A stretch of DNA of 64,000 nucleotides from Nitrospiraceae bacterium (GTDB taxonomy: Bacteria; Nitrospirota; Nitrospiria; Nitrospirales; Nitrospiraceae): positions 396,811-460,810 of the forward strand of contig JBFWWG010000002.1 of NCBI GenBank assembly GCA_050246315.1, in the 5' to 3' direction. The notes under the pieces were generated by a model. That model was not told where the DNA came from. It saw nothing but the letters and a program-made list of their open reading frames with translations, and made no database searches. The position numbers and the translations under genes were made by a program. Below are positions 10,256 to 20,121 of the stretch, in pieces. Position 1 is the stretch's first letter; each line of letters starts with the position of its first letter.

Positions 10256-10431
10256 TGCGGTTCCAGATGCAGATCTCAAACCACATTCTGAGCAAGCTGA
10301 ATGGGAAGGCTCATCAAGAGGTCGACTCGTTCGCTCGACGGCATTTCCGGATCAAAGAAGTGCGCGCGAGAAAGGAAGCACAAGACCGAGTCCACACCTT
10401 CAACGCCATCCGTGCGGCACTGAGTCGCTAA
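10256..10431 (+). CDS. Small basic hypothetical protein
   Basis: AGGAGG RBS before ATG (MRFQMQ...). Confidence 0.4.
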
Positions 10432-10443
10432 CGTTTCCCAGTG

Positions 10444-10664
10444 GAGTGGACAGGCCTACTGCACCACGCCTCTAAGACAACCGGCTTCCCCCCGGGGCTG
10501 CTGCAGATCGAGCGGAGCAGGCCGCTCTGTCCCAGTGTCGCGGCTTCGCGCCCACGACGCGGGCGCTCGCCGCTCCGTACCAGGGCTGCATTGCGCACCT
10601 GGCACCTGAGGGACAGGCCGGCGCTTCGCGCCGGCAGGCTACAGAACTCTGTGGTGCTCCATTC
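10444..10664. other. GC-rich multibranched secondary-structure element (candidate ssDNA origin/promoter or ncRNA)
   Basis: Nested inverted repeats: GCACCAC/GTGGTGC, CTGTCCC/GGGACAG, GAGCGG/CCGCTC, CCAGG/CCTGG, GCCGGCGC/GCGCCGGC. Confidence 0.45.
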
Positions 10665-10704
10665 GAATTGCCGGATCTGGCTCCCCGAACCCTTGTGTCC
10701 TCCC

Positions 10705-11229
10705 TTATAGAGCCCACTCCTCCCGCTCAATCTCCGCCTCGTGGCCAAGATTTACGACTTGTTCTTTCCCGCCAACGACACGGACTTCGATTCTCCCCCG
10801 ATGCTTTCTCATCCGATACCTGGCCTTGACCTTTCGTGCAAGGTTGATGAGGAACGGTTTCATTCGTGGATCAATCTTATGGTACGCGATGAGATAGTCT
10901 GCAATCCGGGTGGGCATCGTTCGGTAATTCTTGCGCAGCCACATTTCTATTTGCTTTTCAGTTTTTATCCAGCGCTGGCTTGTCATCCCGTACCTACAGG
11001 CACGCTGATACATGAACGGCACTGCCTCTGGACACTCCGCCTCTGCCCGGACAAATAAGGTATCCACCTCCTCGCAGTACATCCGCATCCTGATTCGTCT
11101 GCCTGTATCGCTTGAGCATTCAGAGGCAGGTTGGAGCGCGATCGACTCCTGACGCCCATCAATAGGCCCTACCGGCAACGCGCCGTCAGAAACAGGAGAT
11201 GACTTCACTTCACCGGACCCGTTCCCCAT
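10705..11229 (-). CDS. Basic hypothetical protein (true start probably near 11082)
   Basis: ORF with a K/R-rich helical C-terminal half. Confidence 0.5.
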   Translation of the reverse strand: MGNGSGEVKSSPVSDGALPVGPIDGRQESIALQPASECSSDTGRRIRMRMYCEEVDTLFVRAEAECPEAVPFMYQRACRYGMTSQRWIKTEKQIEMWLRKNYRTMPTRIADYLIAYHKIDPRMKPFLINLARKVKARYRMRKHRGRIEVRVVGGKEQVVNLGHEAEIEREEWAL

Positions 11230-11809
11230 CTCGATTTACTTTCCCTCCGTCGCTTCGTGAGTTCGGACAATATATTCATATATGTTATGTACGAACGTCC
11301 TGAGCACAATCCCGTCAGCAACCTCGTCCAGGAAACGCGAACATCTCGGTACCCCGTACAGCCTCATGATGAGGAGGTTCACTCTGAAGGGAACCATCGC
11401 AGTATCCCTCACTTTCGTGGCAATTCGGATGTAGAGGTATTACTGCTTCGAGACCGGCCCTCCAAAACCCCTTGATCTCGTGGAGCCCAGAACTTCTTCA
11501 GCCAGTCGGACTCAACAGGCTGATCCGGGTATTGAGGCAACCTCGATAGGGAAGGCCCACATATATATATGGATAGAGCGACCTTCCTCAGACATTCAGT
11601 GTTACATTGTCTTTATTATCTAACCTATTGACGATATTTATATTTCATACTTTCTACGTTGTTCGCGCTTTGCTTTTCCCCCTTTCGCTCGGTGACTTTG
11701 ATGGTCTCCTGGAATCTTGGGGAGACTCTCTGGCGTCTGGTCAGTAATACGACAGGCGAGAGGCCAGATTATCCGTTACTCCGAACCAGTCGAACGAAAG
11801 GAGCGCTAT

Positions 11810-12922
11810 ATGGCGACTCGAGCAAGGGCGGGCGCGAAGGCAGGAATGACGTTAGGCGTTAGACATTCACCGAACCGATCGAACGGAGAGGTGCCGTTCA
11901 TCGGTCTTGACGTGGGCTACGGGTACACGAAGATTGTCTTCGAAGATGGGCAGCGCATCATCTATCCCTCACTGGTGGCACCGGTTGCCGTCACCTCGAT
12001 CGATCTGGGTCTCTCGCTCTCAAAGAGCGCCGTTCAGGTCGAGGGAGCCGATTATGTCGTTGGCGAGGAAGCAGTCCAGGCCGGCTGGAGGTTCCGCGAA
12101 CAATATGACGGGTGGTGGACCTCTCCCACGTTTAAGGCGCTCGTGGCATTTGCCGCACGCCATGTACCCGAAGGCGCCCACGTGTTCACGGGTCTCCCAC
12201 TCCATGTATATGCGTCAGCAGTGGCCCAGAATCAGGTGGCAGAGGTAGTCCGGAAGGGACTTCGCACGAACCAGGTCACGGTCTTCCCTCAGGGAGTGGG
12301 GGCGTTTTTCGCTGCGATCGCTGCACATCCCGGTTCTGAAGAAGGCCGGAACGCCTTCGTCGATATCGGCATGCGCACCACCGAGTTCGTCGGCATGTCC
12401 AATCGCCAATTTCTGAGCGACCTCTCATGCGGTAGGGTCCTTGGCGTCACAGAGCTCTTCACGCGCGTTGCTGAGAGCTTGACTCACCAATATGAACGAA
12501 CAATCGATCCCTACGAAGTCGATCTCGCGATTCAAGGCCTTCGCCCGATAAAGGTCAAAGGGGACAATCTCGCCCAAAAGGTCATCGATGAGACTATCGA
12601 ACCTCTTCTCAAGCCCTTTGCCGAACGCATCCTTGGCGAAATGGCTAGACTCTGGGGACCAGGCGCCCCGTCTTTTGACCGCGTCATCTTCTGCGGCGGA
12701 GGCGCATTGATCCTCAAGCCGTATCTCTCAGGATTTCGAGAGAACGTGGAATTTCTCAGAGACTCGCAATACGCGAACGCCTCCGGCTATCTGCACTTCG
12801 GCCGCTGGGTCTATCAGCGAACTGTTACACACAATGAAATGCGCCCGTCACAGTCCGGGCTGGATCGCCAGGGGGAAGCATATCAAGATGAAGATATGCT
12901 TCGCGTGGGAGGGACCCTATGA
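11810..12922 (+). CDS. parM: ParM/StbA-family actin-like partition ATPase
   Basis: IGLDVGYGYTK, TGLP, FPQGVGA, VDIGMRTTE, IFCGGGA, YANASGY; AAGGAG RBS. Confidence 0.92.
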   Translation: MATRARAGAKAGMTLGVRHSPNRSNGEVPFIGLDVGYGYTKIVFEDGQRIIYPSLVAPVAVTSIDLGLSLSKSAVQVEGADYVVGEEAVQAGWRFREQYDGWWTSPTFKALVAFAARHVPEGAHVFTGLPLHVYASAVAQNQVAEVVRKGLRTNQVTVFPQGVGAFFAAIAAHPGSEEGRNAFVDIGMRTTEFVGMSNRQFLSDLSCGRVLGVTELFTRVAESLTHQYERTIDPYEVDLAIQGLRPIKVKGDNLAQKVIDETIEPLLKPFAERILGEMARLWGPGAPSFDRVIFCGGGALILKPYLSGFRENVEFLRDSQYANASGYLHFGRWVYQRTVTHNEMRPSQSGLDRQGEAYQDEDMLRVGGTL

Positions 12923-13245
12923 GGGATGAGCCGGTGAAGGGGCATCGCATCTACCGGCTCTATTTCAACGAACAAGATCCGTCCGACGTTGCTCTCCGGC
13001 GGTGGATCTGGTCTCTACCAAGTCGCAAACGAGGTCACATCATCAAAACCATCTTAAGAAAACAGCTCACAGACTGGGGCAGAATGAAGGGTCGCATTGG
13101 CAAAGCTCGCGCGCCCCTCCTGACTCGGCGTCCGGTATCGCAGCGCGCCCTCCGAGCACCCGAAACGCAGGAACCAGTCGGCGCCCCCAATGAGATTCAA
13201 TCCCTGATCAACCGAGCCTTCGCCTCGAAGGGTTCAACCACCTGA
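12919..13245 (+). CDS. Probable ParR-like adaptor
   Basis: Small basic protein with ATGA overlap onto parM and a disordered C-terminus. Confidence 0.65.
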   Translation: MRDEPVKGHRIYRLYFNEQDPSDVALRRWIWSLPSRKRGHIIKTILRKQLTDWGRMKGRIGKARAPLLTRRPVSQRALRAPETQEPVGAPNEIQSLINRAFASKGSTT

Positions 13246-13494
13246 GGAGGGCGCTTCCTATCGACCAATTCGTTCTTGTGGGTACGAAGGAACGACGAAT
13301 TCCAAAGCACTTGGGGAAGTCATTCTTGAGGACGTAACTTTCTAGACTCAACAAGCCATCAGATCAAGTGTTCAGAAAACCTTACGCATCGAGGTCGCGC
13401 GGTCCTCGCTGAGATTCCTCGCTACCGGAAGAACCTAGGTCCATAAGTCCGATGTTTGGATCACATAAGGAGTTGTTGAGTTAACTGGCTTGGG

Positions 13495-15540
13495 CTAGGC
13501 CTCCGCCGCTTGTAGAACTCCGTGACGCAGCGGATAGATATCGGTTTCTTGCATTATCGTAGCCGAGCCGTTCTTGGTAGTACCGAGTTCGAAGCGCTTA
13601 CCGCCCTCAACGCCTGTGCTCCGAAGCCTCCTGCAAAGAACATCCGCGAGCGCAGGGTCTTCTACGGATACGATCACTTGGCGACCGGTACGACGCACTG
13701 CGGACAGGACTTCAACCAGATTCAGCGCACGGTAGTCGTCGATGTGTTGAACGGGATCATCGAGCAAGAGTGTGCGCAGACGACACCACGGTCGCGAGAG
13801 ATGAATAGCAAGCAGAAATGCGATCCCAGCTGCGCGTCGTTGCCCGCTACTGAATACGAATTGTGGATTGCGCCCGTCACCCACGGTGAGATTCAACGAG
13901 GCACGCACACGACCGCCGAAGTCGGTCTCAATCTCGCGCCAATCCGTGTGGGGCCGAAGGCGTCGATAGAGTTCCTTGAGCAGGGGCATGACCGTGTCGA
14001 ACTGTTCGTTCAGCACTTGATTGGCAACCTCTTTCACGGCATTATCGACTTGGCGAGCCACCTCGGCCGCGCGCTCGGCAGCGTTCAACTTCGCTATTTC
14101 CAAATCGAGTTGGCCTCGCAGCTCCTGAACACGAGCTTCTAGTGTTGTAACACGGTCATGAGCGCCTGAGGCCTCTAGGATAAAGAGAGCGTGTTCAAGG
14201 CTCGCTGTGTCCTCCTGCCTCCGCAGGATGAGCTGTCTAGCAGTTTCTGGCTCTGAAGGCGACGCAGCCAGACTCCACTGGCTGAAAGTCGACACCAGCC
14301 TCTCGATTTCGTGCGAGAATCTAGTCCGTCGAGCTTCCAGTTCTGACAGGCGCTGCTCGGCCTCCCTCAGCGTCGTCCCGGCCCGTTCAGATGCCAGACG
14401 TGCCTGCACGAGAGCTTCCCTTACACGAGCTGCGCGCTCCCCTAACGCACTCAGATTTGAACGTGCTGCTGCGATTGCGGCGACGAACTCTTCGGGATTG
14501 CGAGCAGCTTGGCATAGTGGGCAGTGTCCAGCCTGCAAACCTATAGCCTCGCCGTGATCAAGCAAGGCTACCACGTGGCTAGCGAAAGCGTCCCTTTCGC
14601 GCTCCGCAGCTTGCAGTGCCTGGGCTGAAGCCAGGCTTGCGTCAGCTCGCTCCTTCGCCTGTCGTGCAGTAGCCACCTCGGCGTGTGCAGCTGTGATGTC
14701 GGCTTGGCCGACTTCTGACTCGAAGTAGAGCCTTTCAGCCTTCAAGTCCTCTGCCCGAGCGACCGCTTCAGTGAGCACGGAGATCGATTGCTTTAGATGG
14801 GCGACACGCCGACGAACTATCTCAGCGCGTTCTCCTGGCGCGTCGGCAAGATCCGGCGTAAGGGCTCTTACGACCTGTTCTGCTTCGGCGACGTCGGCCT
14901 GTTGCTGCGCCACGCTGCGTGCTTCAGTCAGAGTGCTGAGAGTACGACCAAGCTCTCTCTGGGCGTCCTCGACCGGCCGCTCCTGCGCCGTCTTCGCGGC
15001 GTTGGCGGCGTCCATGATAGCGCGCGTCCGTTTGTTGTGATCAGGCCCCGTCAAGCCGCCAATCGCCGCACGAACGGCGGCAGCCCGTGCTTGCTCGGGC
15101 AGATCCAGACTGAGGGCTGCAATTGTTTCGTCTCTGATCAGGGTCGTCTGCATCAGAGTTTCAGGCAACGCTTGAGCAGTGGACTCCTCGATGCAGAGCC
15201 TGCGCATAAAGGCGTCCACGGGCGTGTCGAGGCTCCGCTCTCGGCTACGCGTGACCACAAACTCCTCGCCGTTGTCGCCGATAAACCCGATTGCGACATA
15301 CTGATTCTCGGAAGGGCCTTCACCTACCCACCAGATATGCTCTTCGAGACCTCCCCCCTTCGCGCTCTTCACGTGATACTTATTTATTGTGCCAGTGAGG
15401 ACGAAATCGATCGCGTCCATCACAGTGCTCTTCCCGACCCCATTTCGGCCCGTCAGCACAACGAAGCCACCAGGCAAGTTGAATCGCGTCTTGTCCTTGA
15501 AGCCGCGAAAACCTGCAAGCTCGATGAACGCTAGTTTCAT
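13495..15540 (-). CDS. Rad50/SbcC-like ABC ATPase (Lamassu LmuB / ABC three-component ATPase)
   Basis: GRNGVGKS, coiled coils with CPLC zinc hook, FSSGQ signature, LLLDDPVQHIDD; start 15540 overlaps upstream stop. Confidence 0.88.
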   Translation of the reverse strand: MKLAFIELAGFRGFKDKTRFNLPGGFVVLTGRNGVGKSTVMDAIDFVLTGTINKYHVKSAKGGGLEEHIWWVGEGPSENQYVAIGFIGDNGEEFVVTRSRERSLDTPVDAFMRRLCIEESTAQALPETLMQTTLIRDETIAALSLDLPEQARAAAVRAAIGGLTGPDHNKRTRAIMDAANAAKTAQERPVEDAQRELGRTLSTLTEARSVAQQQADVAEAEQVVRALTPDLADAPGERAEIVRRRVAHLKQSISVLTEAVARAEDLKAERLYFESEVGQADITAAHAEVATARQAKERADASLASAQALQAAERERDAFASHVVALLDHGEAIGLQAGHCPLCQAARNPEEFVAAIAAARSNLSALGERAARVREALVQARLASERAGTTLREAEQRLSELEARRTRFSHEIERLVSTFSQWSLAASPSEPETARQLILRRQEDTASLEHALFILEASGAHDRVTTLEARVQELRGQLDLEIAKLNAAERAAEVARQVDNAVKEVANQVLNEQFDTVMPLLKELYRRLRPHTDWREIETDFGGRVRASLNLTVGDGRNPQFVFSSGQRRAAGIAFLLAIHLSRPWCRLRTLLLDDPVQHIDDYRALNLVEVLSAVRRTGRQVIVSVEDPALADVLCRRLRSTGVEGGKRFELGTTKNGSATIMQETDIYPLRHGVLQAAEA

Positions 15541-16076
15541 TCCAGGCCTCCGAGGAGCCGGACCACCTCTGAAGGTGAGACAGCAGGATTGAGCATGACG
15601 TGTGCAGCTCTTGGCGCAATGGTCCGGATGCGAGTTAGCAGGCGCTCGGTGACATCTTCCGGTCTGAGGACTGGCTGGTATTGCAGAGGCAAGACGGGCA
15701 GCAGAGCTCGCAAAAGATCTTCGCGAGTTGCGAGACCACAGGCCGCAATCTTCCGAGTGTGTTCGAGATCCTCCTCGATCCAACGCACCTGGCGATTATG
15801 AACTGGGTCGGCCGCAGAACCACATAGAAAAATACAGTAAACGTTCCAAGCTTTCTCCCCAGCAGTACGAATGCCCGCCGCATAGCGCATCAAGAGGGAC
15901 TTCTCCGTGGTCTTCCAACGAGCTAGCAGTGCATCAGGACTCTCAAAGACGCAGCCGAATCCAATTAGGGTGTCATCCTCGAAGGAAACAATCGGAGAAC
16001 GGTCCAAGGATGATAGGCGTGTGGCGAAACCTGCTTCCCGCAACACGACCTGCATTGCAGAAAGAACGTCGATCAT
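15537..16076 (-). CDS. Middle component of ABC three-component/Lamassu system (LmuC-like)
   Basis: 179 aa, ATGA-coupled between effector and ATPase; AWNVY..FL and IEED...TRKI pattern. Confidence 0.7.
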   Translation of the reverse strand: MIDVLSAMQVVLREAGFATRLSSLDRSPIVSFEDDTLIGFGCVFESPDALLARWKTTEKSLLMRYAAGIRTAGEKAWNVYCIFLCGSAADPVHNRQVRWIEEDLEHTRKIAACGLATREDLLRALLPVLPLQYQPVLRPEDVTERLLTRIRTIAPRAAHVMLNPAVSPSEVVRLLGGLE

Positions 16077-17389
16077 ATCCCTAGCGCCTCCCTTGCTTGG
16101 TCAAACGTCAACCACATGGCGCCTCCACCAGGAGTAGGGCGAATCATGCTGGCACCACGTCCAGTAGAGATCACCCTCGCAGGTACGCCAAGTTCAAAAG
16201 CGCCTGCGCACACAACAATATCAGACTTCATTGCGGTCGTTGGCTCTCTGTACTGGGCCTGTACATCCTTCAGCCCACGCCCAGCTCCGTTGACCACGCG
16301 GATCGATTGGCCACGGTACTGCAGCCAGGCGCCCAACTTTGTCGCTCCTCCGTTCAACAACATAACGTGAGTCGACGCCGCCTGAGTAGCATTCGGGAGT
16401 GGCGCTTTCAGTGTCGCCGCGCGAGTGTATGGTACCCCCTCGGCATCGCGGCGGAGATTGTAGAGATCCTCCACGTCCAATGCATCAAACGGGGCCGAAA
16501 CCTGAACGACTCCCCCATCCGCCTCCACCGAGTCTTTCCCTAGTTTGTAGAACCTTCGGGCCCAGGCCTTGGAATACGCTGTACGCAACTCTTCGAGTGC
16601 GTCGACGCCTGACGCCTGAACGTGCTCGAATACTCGGCTCAAATTGTACATTTTCTCCCAGAGCTTCGGCGCCTTGCTCTGCAGGCCGGCCATAGGGCTC
16701 GGGTCGATCACGGTGACGGAACTCGCGTTGTCAATCGTAAACGCTTCGGCTAAGACGTCGTTCAAGTATCCCCAATCTGTCCAAAAGCCCACGACGACTA
16801 GGTGTTTCCCAGGCAAGTTGAGTTTCATCCATTGCGAACAACTCGACAATCGGTCCTGAATGGCCGGCTCAGCGAGTTGGCTCTGCGTCCACAACGTGTT
16901 TTCACGGTCGCGCTGGAGACACCCATGGAATTTGACTAAAGGATTAGCGCAGGCAGTGAATTTACCGGCTTCAAGTCCCGAAAGGGCCCCCTGCATTGCG
17001 ACCCTCTGTTCCTCCGCCCAGCGCTCGATCATTGCATCGAAGTTCGCGGACAGAGCGGAATGCGCACCACGACTGATCAAGAAATCGGCGATCGCGGCAT
17101 GACCCTTATTGGGGGGCCCAACCAGATCGTTCCAGGGTACGAGTCCGATGAAGACCTTGAAGTCCCCTCTCGCGTGGAAATGCCCCGCAAGTTGATTAAC
17201 GTCGTCCCGAAATACTGGATCGAGGGTTTCATTCGGGGACCACGCGTCATAACAGGTTTGTGATATGCGGATGGAAGACGGAAGGTCGCTCGGCGCTGGC
17301 ATGGACAAGCCGGCCCCACAAAGGAACATTAGCGAGTTGGTTTCGATCGCGCCCAGCAATCTTGTTGTCAATTCGGCACTCAGATGCAT
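16073..17389 (-). CDS. SIR2-like effector (LmuA-like)
   Basis: FLCGAGLS, SANFD..IE, KFHGC, VVGFW.DW.YL sirtuin-type motifs. Confidence 0.8.
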   Translation of the reverse strand: MHLSAELTTRLLGAIETNSLMFLCGAGLSMPAPSDLPSSIRISQTCYDAWSPNETLDPVFRDDVNQLAGHFHARGDFKVFIGLVPWNDLVGPPNKGHAAIADFLISRGAHSALSANFDAMIERWAEEQRVAMQGALSGLEAGKFTACANPLVKFHGCLQRDRENTLWTQSQLAEPAIQDRLSSCSQWMKLNLPGKHLVVVGFWTDWGYLNDVLAEAFTIDNASSVTVIDPSPMAGLQSKAPKLWEKMYNLSRVFEHVQASGVDALEELRTAYSKAWARRFYKLGKDSVEADGGVVQVSAPFDALDVEDLYNLRRDAEGVPYTRAATLKAPLPNATQAASTHVMLLNGGATKLGAWLQYRGQSIRVVNGAGRGLKDVQAQYREPTTAMKSDIVVCAGAFELGVPARVISTGRGASMIRPTPGGGAMWLTFDQAREALGI

Positions 17390-17775
17390 TTTCCCTCAAT
17401 CCCCGTGCTTCTGCCGCAAAGAAAACATACCGTCGACTTTGGATACAGCCAACCATTTGTTCTTGGACCGGCCCGTAGCATAAGTCAAAATTCCAAAGAA
17501 TTCGACAGCTCTATTGGTAGGGAGATGTATGGATTGCGGTCAATAAGGGCGGGAGACTGTTAAGGGTTGTTCTTAGGGAGGTCGAGGAATTCCCCGGTCG
17601 TATATCGGTCGCATAGCCGAGCGATTTTCGGGTTATTCTATCTCACTTGATCTCACTCCTGCTCTGCACACAACTCGTTGAGTTTCTGCAAGACAACGTG
17701 TGAAGCCCGCGCAAACATTGAAGGCGCTGAATTGGTCACAATCAAATCCCGGCTTTGGCACCGTATCATAGTTCC

Positions 17776-18510
17776 TCAGTATCCGTCGTAGAGCATGTTG
17801 CGGCGATGTTCGAGCTCGGCCTGCTTTGACCCGCGCACGAAGAAGATACGGGGGATGATGAGGGAGACAGCGGTACTGAAGACGACGAACCAGCTCGACA
17901 GAAGGAGCACTTCGCGGACATTCAGGATCCACGTTTGCACCTCCAGGGCGGTAGCCTGATTCATCAGGACCCGCCACGCCGGCCACAACTGTTCGGACTT
18001 GGCATGCACCCAATCCGGCGTGAGTAAGCCGTGCAAGCCATGGAAGAGCAGAAATATCAGGATCACCTTCAGGATATTGAACATGACCATCGCGCTGTAA
18101 ATGCTGTCGATGGCTTGCCGGCACGCCTTCCCATAGTAGCAGTTGCCCAGATTGACCCCGATCATGACGTTGTAGCCCAATCCGTACGCCATCGCGATGA
18201 GGACGGAGAAGAGTTGATCAAATAGGTTCGGGGTGAGCGTTCCGAAGATCGGCACCATATTCGACAACACCCCCATACTCACCGGCACGAACAAGGCGCT
18301 GATCAAACCATCTGCCAGTGCCCCTTTCACGCCCACTTCAAAATACGCGATCCGCCGGTCCAGCAGAAGATAGTTCTCAGGAATCTCTCGCCCCGTCTTG
18401 ACGACCGTCGCGAGGATCTGAATCTCGGAGATCGCCTCGATGAGGCTCCGGGGCTTGGCCCTGGCCATGCCCTCTGCAAACAATGGCCCCGGACGTCCCC
18501 CTTTCTCCAT
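17776..18510 (-). CDS. Multi-pass membrane protein, last gene of transfer block 2
   Basis: About four hydrophobic segments; tight operon spacing. Confidence 0.7.
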   Translation of the reverse strand: MEKGGRPGPLFAEGMARAKPRSLIEAISEIQILATVVKTGREIPENYLLLDRRIAYFEVGVKGALADGLISALFVPVSMGVLSNMVPIFGTLTPNLFDQLFSVLIAMAYGLGYNVMIGVNLGNCYYGKACRQAIDSIYSAMVMFNILKVILIFLLFHGLHGLLTPDWVHAKSEQLWPAWRVLMNQATALEVQTWILNVREVLLLSSWFVVFSTAVSLIIPRIFFVRGSKQAELEHRRNMLYDGY

Positions 18511-18513
18511 GGC

Positions 18514-18765
18514 TCACCCCCCGCCGAAAAATCGTGTGACCGAAGTCACATAGGCGAGCAGGATCGTCAGCGCATAGAAGAAGATCCCGATTGCCAGCCG
18601 CTGTTTGTAGGCTCCGTACCAGAACGCGAACCCGAGGCACGTCACTGCCAGCACCCGAGCGACCACACCCTGGAACAAGGTCACGAAGATCCAGTCCCAC
18701 CAGGCCAGATATTCTTCCAGCGTCATGTAGGAGAGCGGGTTCAGATAATCGATGAGATTCTCCAT
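18514..18765 (-). CDS. Small membrane protein
   Basis: 83 aa with 2-3 hydrophobic helices; operon spacing. Confidence 0.7.
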   Translation of the reverse strand: MENLIDYLNPLSYMTLEEYLAWWDWIFVTLFQGVVARVLAVTCLGFAFWYGAYKQRLAIGIFFYALTILLAYVTSVTRFFGGG

Positions 18766-18780
18766 GACCTGCGGGTGCTC

Positions 18781-20118
18781 CTAGGAGATCGCTCGCAGCT
18801 CGACAACGATTTGGAGGATCCCGGACTTGCGGGCCTCAAGGTCCGATGCCGGCACATTGAAGACTTCGAGCTTGATCGGGACGAAATAATTTCGAGGTGG
18901 GAGCGTATTTCTCCGTCTCGGATTGTTCATGATGATCTGATAGCTCCGCCCATAGAATCCCTCCCCGATCGGTACTGCAAGGACGTCAGCACGTCGTACA
19001 TCATCGACGATGCGACGCAATGCCTTCTCGCGATCGGAAAGCCGGATCAAAGACAGATCGACCACCTTGCGCTCCGTGGACAAGCGCCGAGCCGCGTCGA
19101 GGAGTAGGTCGGGATGCACGTAGACTGTATCCTTTATGGAGATGGCGGACCACCTCCCGCCCCGCTGGAGTTGGTTGATCTTCGGTTCCATCAGTTCAAG
19201 CAGGCAGGGAACCGAGAACCAGCTTTCCCACGGCTGCACTTTCAATTCCTTGGAGAAGGCTGCCACTTCCAATTCTCGCGCCCGTCCATCGGCTTGCCGC
19301 AGCAGGGCGTCGAACTGGCCTTTGCTCGCACGATGATGACCTCGGATCGCATCCAACGACTCCTTCAGCCACGGAAGGTCAGAGCCTGCAAAGAGTTCCT
19401 GCACCTTCATCGCGCTCACGGCGGGATGGTCACCCATCGTGTAGATCCCACTTGCGCGGAACACCGGAATCTTTCCCAGATCATGGCCCAGAGCGGCCAC
19501 CAGCATCTTCGGGACCAGCGGTTCGTAGTCGCGATACGTTTCCTTGAGACTCTTCATCGCCATTAGTGTGACGCGATGGGTGTGCTCCTTCAGCGTCACT
19601 TTCGCCAATGTGTCGCGGATACTGTACAGATCGCTGTGTTCCTCATCCTTCTCCGGCGCAGTGACAACGACTGACGGACAGTGCCCGTACTGCTCCAGCA
19701 CCTTCACCATTTCCATGAGGGGCACCCACACACGCTGTGCCTCGAGAATGGCCTGATGCGGCGCCAGCAGATCCCGCACCAAGGCGGAGGACTGAAGGGC
19801 TTCCGGTCGGAGAGGCTGGCTCACAGGTCGGGATTGATCCGGAGGCATGTCGGAAGAGGCGTCCTCCTTCGATTCAGGAGTATCACCATCCAGAGCCACG
19901 TCCGATTCGGTCTCCATCGCGTGATCGTTCGCCTGCCCCTCCTCCGGCTGGACCTCAATCCTCATGAAATCGACGTTCAAAGGTAGCCACAGGTCCTTGG
20001 CGAGCTCGGACAAATCGATTTCAATCGGGTCAGGCCCATGAGGATACGGCGGCGCCAAGCTGACTGATTGCTTCCATCCCAATCGGGTTACCACCGCACT
20101 CAGCCATCGCTTGACCAT
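18781..20118 (-). CDS. HD-domain protein, putative MOBH/TraI_2-like relaxase
   Basis: EHTHRV, ALGHDLGK, DHP..SA, IRGHH, RQADG HD motifs; located in the tra operon; canonical HHH motif not seen. Confidence 0.6.
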   Translation of the reverse strand: MVKRWLSAVVTRLGWKQSVSLAPPYPHGPDPIEIDLSELAKDLWLPLNVDFMRIEVQPEEGQANDHAMETESDVALDGDTPESKEDASSDMPPDQSRPVSQPLRPEALQSSALVRDLLAPHQAILEAQRVWVPLMEMVKVLEQYGHCPSVVVTAPEKDEEHSDLYSIRDTLAKVTLKEHTHRVTLMAMKSLKETYRDYEPLVPKMLVAALGHDLGKIPVFRASGIYTMGDHPAVSAMKVQELFAGSDLPWLKESLDAIRGHHRASKGQFDALLRQADGRARELEVAAFSKELKVQPWESWFSVPCLLELMEPKINQLQRGGRWSAISIKDTVYVHPDLLLDAARRLSTERKVVDLSLIRLSDREKALRRIVDDVRRADVLAVPIGEGFYGRSYQIIMNNPRRRNTLPPRNYFVPIKLEVFNVPASDLEARKSGILQIVVELRAIS

Positions 20119-20121
20119 GGG

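Noticed and set aside
15541..15783. N-terminal extension of the ABC ATPase in the ORF track
   Set aside because: It overlaps the middle-component gene; the typical MKL..IEL.GFRGF start with an ATGA overlap is at 15540.
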